DNA from: a virus | IMG/VR virus record: IMGVR_UViG_3300029915_000040 | Length of the DNA: 48,586 bases | Strand: one strand, 5' to 3' | Shown here: in pieces, positions 1 to 8,344 of the stretch | Layout of the letters: each line of letters begins with the position of its first letter | Position numbering within the stretch: position 1 is the first letter of the stretch | The notes under the pieces: generated by a model | Database searches by the model: none | The model's input: the letters and a program-made list of their open reading frames with translations, nothing else | Told to the model about the DNA's origin: nothing | Translations under genes and position numbers: made by a program

Positions 1-127
1 TAATCGCCGCCGTGGAGGCGTTCGACATGTACACATTGGTCGCATCGCCGTATATCTTTGACGGAGACGAAGGAGGAGCAATAACACCGCTACCAGCCAA
101 CGTTTTGCACGTCACAGAAAACGCTCC
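1..127. repeat. Terminal direct repeat, copy 1 (identical to 48460..48586); circular-closure overlap
   Basis: The first 127 nt (taatcgccgccgtggagg...cagaaaacgctcc) recur verbatim as the last 127 nt. A coding frame runs through the junction. Confidence 0.9.
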
Positions 128-694
128 GGAACAGTTATTCACCACCAGCCATTGACCCACGATAGCCGGGAAATTCAGGTTCACATTGGCTGTGAGAGTT
201 CCCGACAAGCTGATGATCGGCTTCCCATACTGTGCCGCCGTCAAGGTCACATCCGATGCCGTGAGCGTTACAGGCGCGATTCCATAGGTGGTATCAGGGA
301 CCCATCCCGCCGCTGCTCCGCCGCTAGACTCTGGATCAGTCGTATTGTTGTCTACCGTGTTGAGCCAATATCCCGACCCATCCGTGCGCAGCACTCTTGC
401 GCCTTGTGGATAACCACCGACAGCAGTAGACCACACTGAATCGAACGGGAATCCGCCACCGCCGCTAAACCATACTGAAGGAGCCGTAGCGGCCTTCAGT
501 ATTCCGTTCATGTCGAGGCCGTTGGGAGGCACGCCGCCGCTGGCAATCGGCGTGCGCGTGAGTGGAGGGAAGCCGTCTGTGTACGATGCCGCTCCTGGCG
601 TAACCGAAATTTGTGATGGCACAGGAATAGTATTCGCTCCCCCTGCCTCGGCGAATGGAACGGTCAACTTCGATGGCGCGTTAGATAGCTGCAT
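1..694 (-). CDS. Tail fibre protein, N-terminal part. The gene wraps the window ends and continues from 48459 down to 48041; 370 aa in total.
   Basis: ATG at 694. My translation is MQLSNAPSKLTVPFAEAGGANTIPVPSQISVTPGAASYTDGFPPLTRTPIASGGVPPNGLDMNGILK..., matching the conserved N-terminal attachment domain of P2/Mu-type tail fibres. There is no stop before position 1, and it is in frame with track ORF 48041..48574. Confidence 0.8.
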   Translation of the reverse strand, partial: MQLSNAPSKLTVPFAEAGGANTIPVPSQISVTPGAASYTDGFPPLTRTPIASGGVPPNGLDMNGILKAATAPSVWFSGGGGFPFDSVWSTAVGGYPQGARVLRTDGSGYWLNTVDNNTTDPESSGGAAAGWVPDTTYGIAPVTLTASDVTLTAAQYGKPIISLSGTLTANVNLNFPAIVGQWLVVNNCSGAFSVTCKTLAGSGVIAPPSSPSKIYGDATNVYMSNASTAAI

Positions 695-709
695 AACTAG
701 CCCTCACGA

Positions 710-1342
710 CTACATTGTTGCTGAAGAGAAATGAAGTTCCGGCACAGTTGTATCGGCCACCGGAAAATAAATGTCGTAACTTACTCCTGCTGGACGGAGG
801 ATCACTCCCGTCTGCGCGATAATTGCATACTGAGTTGCAGATAATGGCGAATAGAATATATAGCGGATCGCCATATTCCTAAAACCCTCGCCTCCAAGAT
901 CCACAACATGACATTGAATTCCCGGGAACACGTTATGGAGCAATTGATTCACAGCAGGAGCCGTCACCTCTGAGATGTTGCTCAGGGCTTTTGCCATGAT
1001 GACTGTTCTGTAAATTTCATCTGTGAGCAGATATGTAAAGCTCGTCGCGCTTCCGTTGTAAAACGGTTCCTGTCCAAACGGGGCAAACTCTTCTGGCGAT
1101 GTGCCGTTCTGGAAGCCGAAGAATGTTCCCACGTCTGGAATTTGCACGCTGCGCGAAACGCCAACTATGCGCCCCCATATGTCCAATCCGAATCCCTGCG
1201 CTGTCTCCACGTTCCACACATAATCGAAGAAACCGTCAATGTCCGCAGTCGGGTCGATGTACTCATTCATGTTTTGAATGAGCCTCACCAGCGTCGGCGA
1301 ATTACTATATTGACTTACCACGGTTTGTTCGATATTTTTCAC
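710..1342 (-). CDS. Baseplate/tail-fibre-associated protein (DUF2612-like)
   Basis: 210-aa ORF. The N-terminus (VVSQYSNSPTLVRLIQNMNEYIDP...AQGFGLDIWGRIVGVSR) fits the DUF2612 pattern. It sits between the baseplate J gene and the fibre gene. Confidence 0.6.
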   Translation of the reverse strand: MKNIEQTVVSQYSNSPTLVRLIQNMNEYIDPTADIDGFFDYVWNVETAQGFGLDIWGRIVGVSRSVQIPDVGTFFGFQNGTSPEEFAPFGQEPFYNGSATSFTYLLTDEIYRTVIMAKALSNISEVTAPAVNQLLHNVFPGIQCHVVDLGGEGFRNMAIRYIFYSPLSATQYAIIAQTGVILRPAGVSYDIYFPVADTTVPELHFSSATM

Positions 1343-2586
1343 GGAGTCACCAGTGTGACACTTACATTTGCGATGTTCAGCGATGGCGTTTGATCGATAC
1401 CCACGGCAACCTTTAACGCGGTCGGCGTGCTTGTCGTCCCGATCAGCACTTCCAGAATCGGCACATTATCCGCAACTGAGGCAATGGCCCCGTAGTATCG
1501 AGTCACGAAAACAGTTGCTCCGATGCGTTCGCGGTTCGTGTCATCGAGTCCATAGAAGCGGTTGAAGATAGCTTGCTGGACAAGGCTCACGATGTTCGAT
1601 GGCAAGGACGGATCATTCACAATCTGGACTGCAAAATAGATCGGCAATGACGCTGGACGCTCAAACTTGACCGTATACGTTGGGGCCGGGAAGTTATATC
1701 CACTTGGGTCAGTCACTATGACGGTTGTGTTTCCGTTGTAGCTGCACCCAAGGGACTTCTTCTTCCATATTGCGAGAGCCACCGCGTTCGCATCGCCTCC
1801 CAGCGTAGCGACATAGACAGAGTTTGCAATCATTGGGTAGTTTGTTGGACCAGTGTTTACAGTTTCACCTTCGTCATTGTCTATGACGTAGCAATCCTGA
1901 ACTCCATCTACCGCAAAGACGTTTCCGCGAATCGCTTGCGTTGTGCCATTTCCATTGACCGCGACAGATGCCTGACGGCGATACTCGAAATCTGCTCTCG
2001 ACTCGACATCCCGCCCGAGAACAGCACTCGCAATGCTTCCAGCCAAGGTTGGATTGTTGACCGCATCCCATCCTGGCACCGCCTGATATACCTGCGTCAG
2101 AGTGTTGTCCGCGCACGGAATTGGACCATTCACGATGTTCTGGAAAACGCCCTGCGCTGTTCCATCCGAACCGATAGTGACCTGAGCCGCGAGAGTGTAT
2201 TTGTTCCCTGATGTGTCTTTGGCTTGCGATGCCGATGGGATAACCGCGCCCACCAGACCGCTCAAAGTAGCCGTCACGATGGTTGGCTGCGCTACCTTGC
2301 GATCCATGAAGTAGATGTTCCCGATTGCGTCTTGGAAGCGACCAGAAGCGTATTGTGGGTCCACCTGATTTACAACATAGGCAATTTCGCTGTTTTTCTC
2401 GGCGATGATAGCTGTATCGCTGCTGGCAATCTGGCCTTGCGGGGTTTCAAGGGACGGATTCAACCCTCCGCCGAAAGCAGTATTCTGATCGGCCTGTACG
2501 CCTGCCAGAATTTCCGAATCAGCGGGCAGCACGATTCCCGATGGTGTGAATTGGATGGCCGGAACTGAGCTAGAAGGCGATGCCAT
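1339..2586 (-). CDS. Baseplate J-like protein (Mu gp47 / P2 gpJ family)
   Basis: 415-aa ORF placed after a gp25/W-like gene, with ATGA-type overlap to its neighbours. Confidence 0.65.
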   Translation of the reverse strand: MASPSSSVPAIQFTPSGIVLPADSEILAGVQADQNTAFGGGLNPSLETPQGQIASSDTAIIAEKNSEIAYVVNQVDPQYASGRFQDAIGNIYFMDRKVAQPTIVTATLSGLVGAVIPSASQAKDTSGNKYTLAAQVTIGSDGTAQGVFQNIVNGPIPCADNTLTQVYQAVPGWDAVNNPTLAGSIASAVLGRDVESRADFEYRRQASVAVNGNGTTQAIRGNVFAVDGVQDCYVIDNDEGETVNTGPTNYPMIANSVYVATLGGDANAVALAIWKKKSLGCSYNGNTTVIVTDPSGYNFPAPTYTVKFERPASLPIYFAVQIVNDPSLPSNIVSLVQQAIFNRFYGLDDTNRERIGATVFVTRYYGAIASVADNVPILEVLIGTTSTPTALKVAVGIDQTPSLNIANVSVTLVTP

Positions 2587-2935
2587 TCGCTGCCCCCGTA
2601 GAATCGGTGAATTGAATCTTTCCCGTCACTTCACGGGAAGTGAAAGACTGAATTACCACCTGAGCCGTTATCACGCCCGGAACCGTCAGTGCCGCTTTGA
2701 CAATAAGCGCCTTGAGTAGCGACGTGGGAGGATACTGCCCGAAGACCTGAGTCCAGTACGGAATACCCTTTGTCTGATCGTAATACAGTTCCCCCAGAAA
2801 CAGCCGAACGGCACTCGCCACATCCTGAGCCAACGAATAGGATGGAGTCGCCATAGCGATGTTTCCGCTGCTGTCGAGGCACAAATCCCATTGGGACCGC
2901 GAGAGCAAGAGCGTATTGTATCCGGTCGTACTCAT
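2570..2935 (-). CDS. Baseplate wedge protein (gp25/GpW/Mu gp46-like)
   Basis: 121-aa ORF with the motif LGELYYDQTKGIPYW. Its size and position between the spike and J genes fit this family. Confidence 0.6.
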   Translation of the reverse strand: MSTTGYNTLLLSRSQWDLCLDSSGNIAMATPSYSLAQDVASAVRLFLGELYYDQTKGIPYWTQVFGQYPPTSLLKALIVKAALTVPGVITAQVVIQSFTSREVTGKIQFTDSTGAANGIAF

Positions 2936-3619
2936 CTACTGCCCCTTCAAAACCGTAGTCTGCGAATTCGTTGGCATCGTAGGTCCAGTGTAGCCCAAAC
3001 CCTCTAGGAAAGGCTGGATGTTTTCAGTGTACCAAGACAGCCATGCGGAGTTAACCAGCGCGAGGGCAGTACCGCCGCTGCTCAGCACGGTTGATTCTGG
3101 CGCGGTGATGGTAACCGCTATTGGGGAAACGAGAGAGATTCCGCTTGCGGAGAACTGAAGGAGCTGCGTCGGCGTGCCATTCAACAACCCGCCCAGGTAC
3201 ATCCCGTCTCCCCAGTCGTATTGCCGCCAGCTTCCAGGGTTGGCCTGTGCCTTCGTAGACTTCACATTGGAAATGTCCCTACTGGCAAATACGGCGATAC
3301 CAAGGTCTCCAACTTGCGGGTCGAGAATCACCGCATTCGCACCGCCTTGGATGCGAAAATATGGGATATTGTAGATCGTTCCGTGCGGCGTTGGGTTCCC
3401 GCTTCCATCCACTTGATTCACCATCGGCATGACGTCAACAGTTCCGACTGGGGAAGCGCCGCCTGAATTTGAGCAGGCCATGATTTTTACTATCGCCGCC
3501 GTCTGCATCTTGGCAAGCACCTGCATCACAACAAAGAGAATGTTGTTGTAGTCGCCCCACGTCGTAGAGGGCTTAAGCGCACCGAGCGTTACCTCGTCAT
3601 TTTGTGACAGCAAGCCCAT
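2936..3619 (-). CDS. Baseplate assembly/spike protein (Mu gp45 / gpV-like)
   Basis: 227-aa ORF with OB-fold-like motifs (VDVMPMVNQVDGSGNPTPHGTIYNIPYFRIQGG, PQVGDLGIAVFASRD). Confidence 0.6.
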   Translation of the reverse strand: MGLLSQNDEVTLGALKPSTTWGDYNNILFVVMQVLAKMQTAAIVKIMACSNSGGASPVGTVDVMPMVNQVDGSGNPTPHGTIYNIPYFRIQGGANAVILDPQVGDLGIAVFASRDISNVKSTKAQANPGSWRQYDWGDGMYLGGLLNGTPTQLLQFSASGISLVSPIAVTITAPESTVLSSGGTALALVNSAWLSWYTENIQPFLEGLGYTGPTMPTNSQTTVLKGQ

Positions 3620-4469
3620 ATTTATTTCCTCTCACTGTCGAGAACCATGCGCCGCTAGGCTTCTCGCTTTCCAGTTGGTGATTGATAGAAGTCACGATCC
3701 ATTGCGCGTTCGCCTGTGGAACATCCGTTCGCATATCAATCAACCCGCCGAATAGAATAGCGGGAGTAAATATCGTCTGGAAATTAACCCCTAGGCCATC
3801 GAATGTGGGATACCCAATCATTCCCGAACCTTTTGAAATCTGCGGAATCTTCGACCCACGAGGAGTGTTTGGAGGCGTGATCGCCAGAACTGTATCGTCA
3901 AGATAGAGATCGATTCCAGCCGCCCGCGCCAAACTCTTCGCCTGATCCATTCCAGTTCCGGGAAGATATACATTAGCCAGTTGGATCGACACGCCGTTAT
4001 TCTCAAACGTGAATCCCATCCCCGCCGCAAGTTGACCCATTGCGGTTGCCACGTCGATGCTTTCCCGATAACTCACAGGCGCGACTGGAAGCAACTGAGG
4101 ATAGTAAGCGGATTGCGCCTGGATCATCAGGAACACATCTGGCATGGACCGATAGTCGCCCCAAGCATTGATAATGTTTCCGGTAAAAACGCTGGTTTCC
4201 TGCGCTCCGTCGATGGCGAATACTTGCACGGTGTTTGGAATGATTCTGTTTGGTTGCCATTGCAGCGTCGTGACGGATCGGATGTCGCTTTGGCTTACTC
4301 CGTAGATTTGCGCCCGCATTGAACCCATCTGGTTTCCGCCAGCCTTCTCGATCATGGCGATGGCGCGAAATCCTTCAAGCGTAATCACATTGTTGGAACT
4401 CGAGCCGAATGTCCCTGTGGCCAGAGTAACAATGAAGCGAAGGCGTTTCTTGTTCTCAAAGGAGTTCAT
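3597..4469 (-). CDS. Baseplate hub-like tail protein
   Basis: I trimmed track ORF 3597..4607 to the ATG at 4469 (MNSFENKKRLRFIVTLATGTF...). It lies in the baseplate module. Confidence 0.5.
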   Translation of the reverse strand: MNSFENKKRLRFIVTLATGTFGSSSNNVITLEGFRAIAMIEKAGGNQMGSMRAQIYGVSQSDIRSVTTLQWQPNRIIPNTVQVFAIDGAQETSVFTGNIINAWGDYRSMPDVFLMIQAQSAYYPQLLPVAPVSYRESIDVATAMGQLAAGMGFTFENNGVSIQLANVYLPGTGMDQAKSLARAAGIDLYLDDTVLAITPPNTPRGSKIPQISKGSGMIGYPTFDGLGVNFQTIFTPAILFGGLIDMRTDVPQANAQWIVTSINHQLESEKPSGAWFSTVRGNKYGLAVTK

Positions 4470-4764
4470 ATTCGGCACCCGTAAGGTACAAAAGCTGAAA
4501 ACGGACTCCCGCCCCGGTGTAATCAGGATCATCCAATCCTTGCGTGTCGATGAATAGCAAATTCCCAACGAAGCCCAAATAGTTGGTCGGGCATAGTGGC
4601 ACGCCATTCAATGCAAGGACACCGCTCGATACGTCCACGCCGCCCACGTTTAGATCGACAAACATGCCCTGGTTTTTTTGATACACGGCAATCTGGCAGT
4701 TCTGACCACCGAGAACTGTCTTGACCTGCTGTGAGGGCACGGATTGGAGCGGAACCAACTGCAT
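4456..4764 (-). CDS. Conserved small tail/baseplate protein
   Basis: 102-aa ORF in the tail module, directly abutting the upstream gene (stop 4765..4767, ATG at 4764) and overlapping the downstream gene start (4469) by 14 nt. Confidence 0.5.
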   Translation of the reverse strand: MQLVPLQSVPSQQVKTVLGGQNCQIAVYQKNQGMFVDLNVGGVDVSSGVLALNGVPLCPTNYLGFVGNLLFIDTQGLDDPDYTGAGVRFQLLYLTGAEYELL

Positions 4765-5511
4765 CTACTTAGCTCCTAACAAAGACTGGAGTATACTGAC
4801 GATCTGCTTAGCCGTCGAGACATCAGGCTTAGGAGATTGCACCATTCCGTTGTCTGTCTGCGGGGCTGCGCTTGGACTTTGCGGATCATTGATCGGCGTG
4901 GCAACCGTCGTATACGAAGCAGATACCGGGCGGATTTCCTTGAGCGAAATCTCTACAATGAGGAGATTGGCACCTTTGATTGCGGTGCGCGGGTAGGTGT
5001 AGGTCTCAAGGCTGACATTCATGTACGTCGCTTCTGGCGTCACTACGCTATAAAGCTGTGTAGACTTGCAAGCCGCGTCCACTGCCGTCAGGAACGCCGC
5101 GCGATCATCCTCTGTGCCATTCAAAATCAGCGTGACTTTAGGGTTTCCCGGCATCTCAACTTTGTTGTAGCTTGCAAATCCCCCCCGCTCAATCGGGAAA
5201 TCACTGATTCGCATTTCCTTGATATAGGTCACATCATATGTGGAGAGAACCGCCGTGCTGTCACTGCTGGCCCCGAGCGCATTTCCTAGCACATTCGTTG
5301 TCGAAGTCGTTCCTGCGAACGATGAAGATGTCGTGACCGACGGAAAGATTCCCCACTGCGGAGAGGATTGCAGCGAGTTCGTGAGCGCCTCTGTCATCGC
5401 TCCAGGCGGTATTGTTGCGCTTGCATCTTCGGGAGGAATAGAAGTGTTCACGCGCGGGACCGATGGCACGCCTGAGACCATTGGAACATCGGGATAGGGG
5501 ATCAGAGTCAT
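4765..5511 (-). CDS. Tail protein immediately downstream of the tape measure (function unknown)
   Basis: 248-aa ORF directly abutting the tape-measure stop. Confidence 0.5.
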   Translation of the reverse strand: MTLIPYPDVPMVSGVPSVPRVNTSIPPEDASATIPPGAMTEALTNSLQSSPQWGIFPSVTTSSSFAGTTSTTNVLGNALGASSDSTAVLSTYDVTYIKEMRISDFPIERGGFASYNKVEMPGNPKVTLILNGTEDDRAAFLTAVDAACKSTQLYSVVTPEATYMNVSLETYTYPRTAIKGANLLIVEISLKEIRPVSASYTTVATPINDPQSPSAAPQTDNGMVQSPKPDVSTAKQIVSILQSLLGAK

Positions 5512-7284
5512 TTAGTTCAGCCCCGAATTTGCTTGGCTTGCGAACTGCCATTCGAGCGATTGTTTCATGTCCTTGGCGATTCCTGGCGCGTCAGTTGCGG
5601 CGGTGTACACTTTGACTTCACCGATTTGCACGCTGCTGCTTTGGCTCGATGATGCGTTTGCCGGGTTGCGGAGATAGCTCATCAAGCCAGCGGTATAATT
5701 TCCCGCGCCAGCAACGCCCATCAGCGATTGAGCGTACGCCCCACGCGCCGAAGCCTCTCCTGAAGCATCCGCAGGACGCAAGTCTAAGCGCGACACGATG
5801 CTGGCCGCATCAGCAGCGTTCGTGGCCCTGCGCAGTTGGTTGCCAGCTTTTTTCTCGGGTCCGACCGTAAGCTCCCAATTTTTGAAAGCCATCTGCTCTT
5901 CTGGGCTGGCATCACGCAAGTCTTTTCCAAACACGCGCTTGAATGTAGCCTGCCGGTCAGGATGCCATTGTGCAAGCCCTACAGCCTGCCCATGGTCGCC
6001 AATAGCGTTTGCATTCCCCTGGCTCTCCCTCATCAAGTTCGCTGCGATGCCAGCGGATTGCTCAGGAGTCCATCCGAGTTTCTGAAAGAACTCCTGCATT
6101 TGTTTGGCAGAGAGGTTCTTCCCGCGAATTCCCAAAGCATCCCCGATAGCCTGGATTCCAGCAGTGAAATCATCAGAGAACTTGTGCCCGGTCACCCGTT
6201 CATACCAGCGAGTATAAGCGTCGTAGAGGCCGACAAGGCCATCCTTCAATGCGTCCATGGCATCTAGTGTGGATTTAATTCCTGGTTCCCATTTTCCCCA
6301 ATCAATCAGCGAATCCCCGCCACGCTTCCATGTCTCATAATCGTCCCACAATAGAGCAATTCCTGCTGCAAGCCCAAGGATAGCTAGAACAGTTAGATTG
6401 AGTGGCATCGATTTCAAAGCAATCGCTCCCAACCCCACAGCAACAATTTTCAAGAATTTTTCTATGAACTGCTCATTATCCTTGCACCAATCACCGAAAG
6501 TGCTAAGCAGTGTGAGAATCTTTTCAATAGCGGGCGCATTTTTAAGCAAGAGATCGCGCCCAAACGCAGCGAATGTCTGCTTTACCTGCTCGATGGACTT
6601 CTTGAGTTTGACTCCCTCTTCCGCCTGCTTTGCGGTTACGGCATTCGATTCCTTTTGGCGGCGCAAGGTCAGTTCCAACTCTTTACGGCCAGTGAGCAGG
6701 AGATTCATGGTCCCCTGGTCAATGCCCATCATCTGGCCCATATTGTTGGCTGTGGCGCGTCCCTTGATCCTCACAATGCGCTCAAAAGCATCAGCCAGGC
6801 CCAACAGCAATTGATCGGGTTTCTGCGAGGTCAAAGCTCCCGTTCCCATGCCAAGCGCCGAGAGAAACGGAATCAGGCCAGATTGCCCTGTCAAAGCGAA
6901 TTCGGTCTGCGCCTTGGAGAGCATCGCCAGCGTGCCCTGTACGCCCGAGGCGCTCCCGCCGATCTGTTCCGCTGCCTGCGACCATGCCGAGATCGTAGAA
7001 ACGCCCACGCCGAGGTTCTGCGATAGGCGCTGAAGCTGAGAATTCGATTCAGCAAGGTCAACAATGAACGTCTTGATTGCGGCAGTTCCGCCAATGACAG
7101 CGAGAAACTTCATGGCGCTTCCGGCCATGTCGGTCAGGCCCTTGTTTACCTCTTTGGTACTCTTCGCTATGTTCTTGTTTTCGTTGTCTACGTCTTTGAA
7201 TTTACGAGTGATCGCAGGGATTTTGGCCGTCGCGTTGTCTTGGATGCCGAGGGTGACGAGCAACGAATCGATGATGGTCGGCAT
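5512..7284 (-). CDS. Tape measure protein with a C-terminal lysozyme-like domain
   Basis: 590-aa ORF after the chaperone pair. The N-terminal part is helical with TM-like segments. The C-terminal motif ANLMRESQGNANAIGDHGQAVGLAQWHPDRQ resembles the phage tail lysozyme family. Confidence 0.7.
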   Translation of the reverse strand: MPTIIDSLLVTLGIQDNATAKIPAITRKFKDVDNENKNIAKSTKEVNKGLTDMAGSAMKFLAVIGGTAAIKTFIVDLAESNSQLQRLSQNLGVGVSTISAWSQAAEQIGGSASGVQGTLAMLSKAQTEFALTGQSGLIPFLSALGMGTGALTSQKPDQLLLGLADAFERIVRIKGRATANNMGQMMGIDQGTMNLLLTGRKELELTLRRQKESNAVTAKQAEEGVKLKKSIEQVKQTFAAFGRDLLLKNAPAIEKILTLLSTFGDWCKDNEQFIEKFLKIVAVGLGAIALKSMPLNLTVLAILGLAAGIALLWDDYETWKRGGDSLIDWGKWEPGIKSTLDAMDALKDGLVGLYDAYTRWYERVTGHKFSDDFTAGIQAIGDALGIRGKNLSAKQMQEFFQKLGWTPEQSAGIAANLMRESQGNANAIGDHGQAVGLAQWHPDRQATFKRVFGKDLRDASPEEQMAFKNWELTVGPEKKAGNQLRRATNAADAASIVSRLDLRPADASGEASARGAYAQSLMGVAGAGNYTAGLMSYLRNPANASSSQSSSVQIGEVKVYTAATDAPGIAKDMKQSLEWQFASQANSGLN

Positions 7285-7286
7285 AG

Positions 7287-7505
7287 TTACTCCTGCGATG
7301 CGTTGTAATCGTCCACGGCCACTATCTCCAGCATGTCGTAAGCATCCTGCACCCCGTAGATCGTGTCCAGTTCATGCAATGTCGCCACACGCCGGGAAAT
7401 CAGGACCGCAATCACTTTTGGGACGTTCTGGTATTGGGCCGGTTCATGCTTGCCGCCGCCGACTTGATTCCGGTGGAGAATGAGGGCGCGACGGCTTGCA
7501 AAAAA
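7287..7505 (-). CDS. Minus-one-frame extension of the tail assembly chaperone (gpGT-like fusion, 7885 -> 7499, then -1 to 7287)
   Basis: Track ORF 7287..7628 is in the -1 frame relative to 7412..7885 and has no convincing start of its own. After a slip the reading continues FFASRRAL...DTIYGVQDAYDMLEIVAVDDYNASQE. Confidence 0.65.
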   Translation of the reverse strand, partial: FFASRRALILHRNQVGGGKHEPAQYQNVPKVIAVLISRRVATLHELDTIYGVQDAYDMLEIVAVDDYNASQE

Positions 7506-7885
7506 TCCATGTGCAGCTTCCACACCTCCACTCTCAGCTTGAACCGCGTCAGAATCTCTTCGATATCGCTTTCCACAAGCGCCCGCACAACTTGAGGCTT
7601 GCCCGGGCTGGGGATGATCTGCACGCACTGAAGCATCTCTTCGAGGAGCGGCTCAGCAACTTCCCACTTCAGGCCCGCGATAGCCTTGAGTCCAAGTTCC
7701 GCGAGTCCAGCCATGCCCATATCGGCGAAGTTCTCAGGCAGATTGGTATTCGACCCCATGAGGGCTAGAAGGACGCGCGTAGCCCATGCCTCGGCTCGGG
7801 AAGCTGGCATTTCGGTGAGAAGAAATACCTTCCCTTTGTCGCGCCCCTCATCGGTTACAGTCCACTGTGCGATTTTGCGTGCCAT
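7412..7885 (-). CDS. Tail assembly chaperone (gpG-like, zero-frame product)
   Basis: 157-aa ORF between the tube and tape-measure genes. It contains the slippery heptamer T TTT TTG. Confidence 0.7.
   Translation of the reverse strand: MARKIAQWTVTDEGRDKGKVFLLTEMPASRAEAWATRVLLALMGSNTNLPENFADMGMAGLAELGLKAIAGLKWEVAEPLLEEMLQCVQIIPSPGKPQVVRALVESDIEEILTRFKLRVEVWKLHMDFLQAVAPSFSTGIKSAAASMNRPNTRTSQK
7499..7505 (-). other. Programmed -1 ribosomal frameshift slippery site (T TTT TTG)
   Basis: The minus strand reads ATG GAT TTT TTG CAA. The heptamer sits in X XXY YYZ register in the zero frame, within the overlap of the two chaperone ORFs. Confidence 0.65.
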
Positions 7886-7897
7886 GATTTCCTCTTG

Positions 7898-8332
7898 CTA
7901 CGCGAGGCTCGGTACGAGCTTTTCCCAGATGATGATGAAGTTTTGCGCCTGCAACGTCTTGGACGCATCGGGAATGACAGCCGCAGTGTCCAGCACTCCG
8001 TTGGTTCCCGTGTAGACCTTGCCAGTCGCCGGGACTGAAATCGTTCCGCTGATCCGATACACTTCCCGCGCCTGGCGGGTCGCGTTGGTAATCGCCTCGA
8101 AAATATCGATGCCCAACGAATCGGCCTGTAGCGAGACAGTGAACGAAACCGGATTCGGAACGTATCCAGCCGACAGATGCCCGTCCACCCCCATCATTGT
8201 TTCGGCCAGCTTCACAGCCTCGGCAGACCATGCCTTATCGGTAGAATAGCCGGAGAACTGCTGCGGAGAGTCATACAATCCCGGAACCGTGATTGTCATA
8301 ACGACATTTGCGCTAGTGATTGACCTTGCCAT
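7898..8332 (-). CDS. Tail tube protein (DUF3277-like)
   Basis: 144-aa ORF directly after the sheath gene. Confidence 0.6.
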   Translation of the reverse strand: MARSITSANVVMTITVPGLYDSPQQFSGYSTDKAWSAEAVKLAETMMGVDGHLSAGYVPNPVSFTVSLQADSLGIDIFEAITNATRQAREVYRISGTISVPATGKVYTGTNGVLDTAAVIPDASKTLQAQNFIIIWEKLVPSLA

Positions 8333-8344
8333 TGTTTCCTCTCC

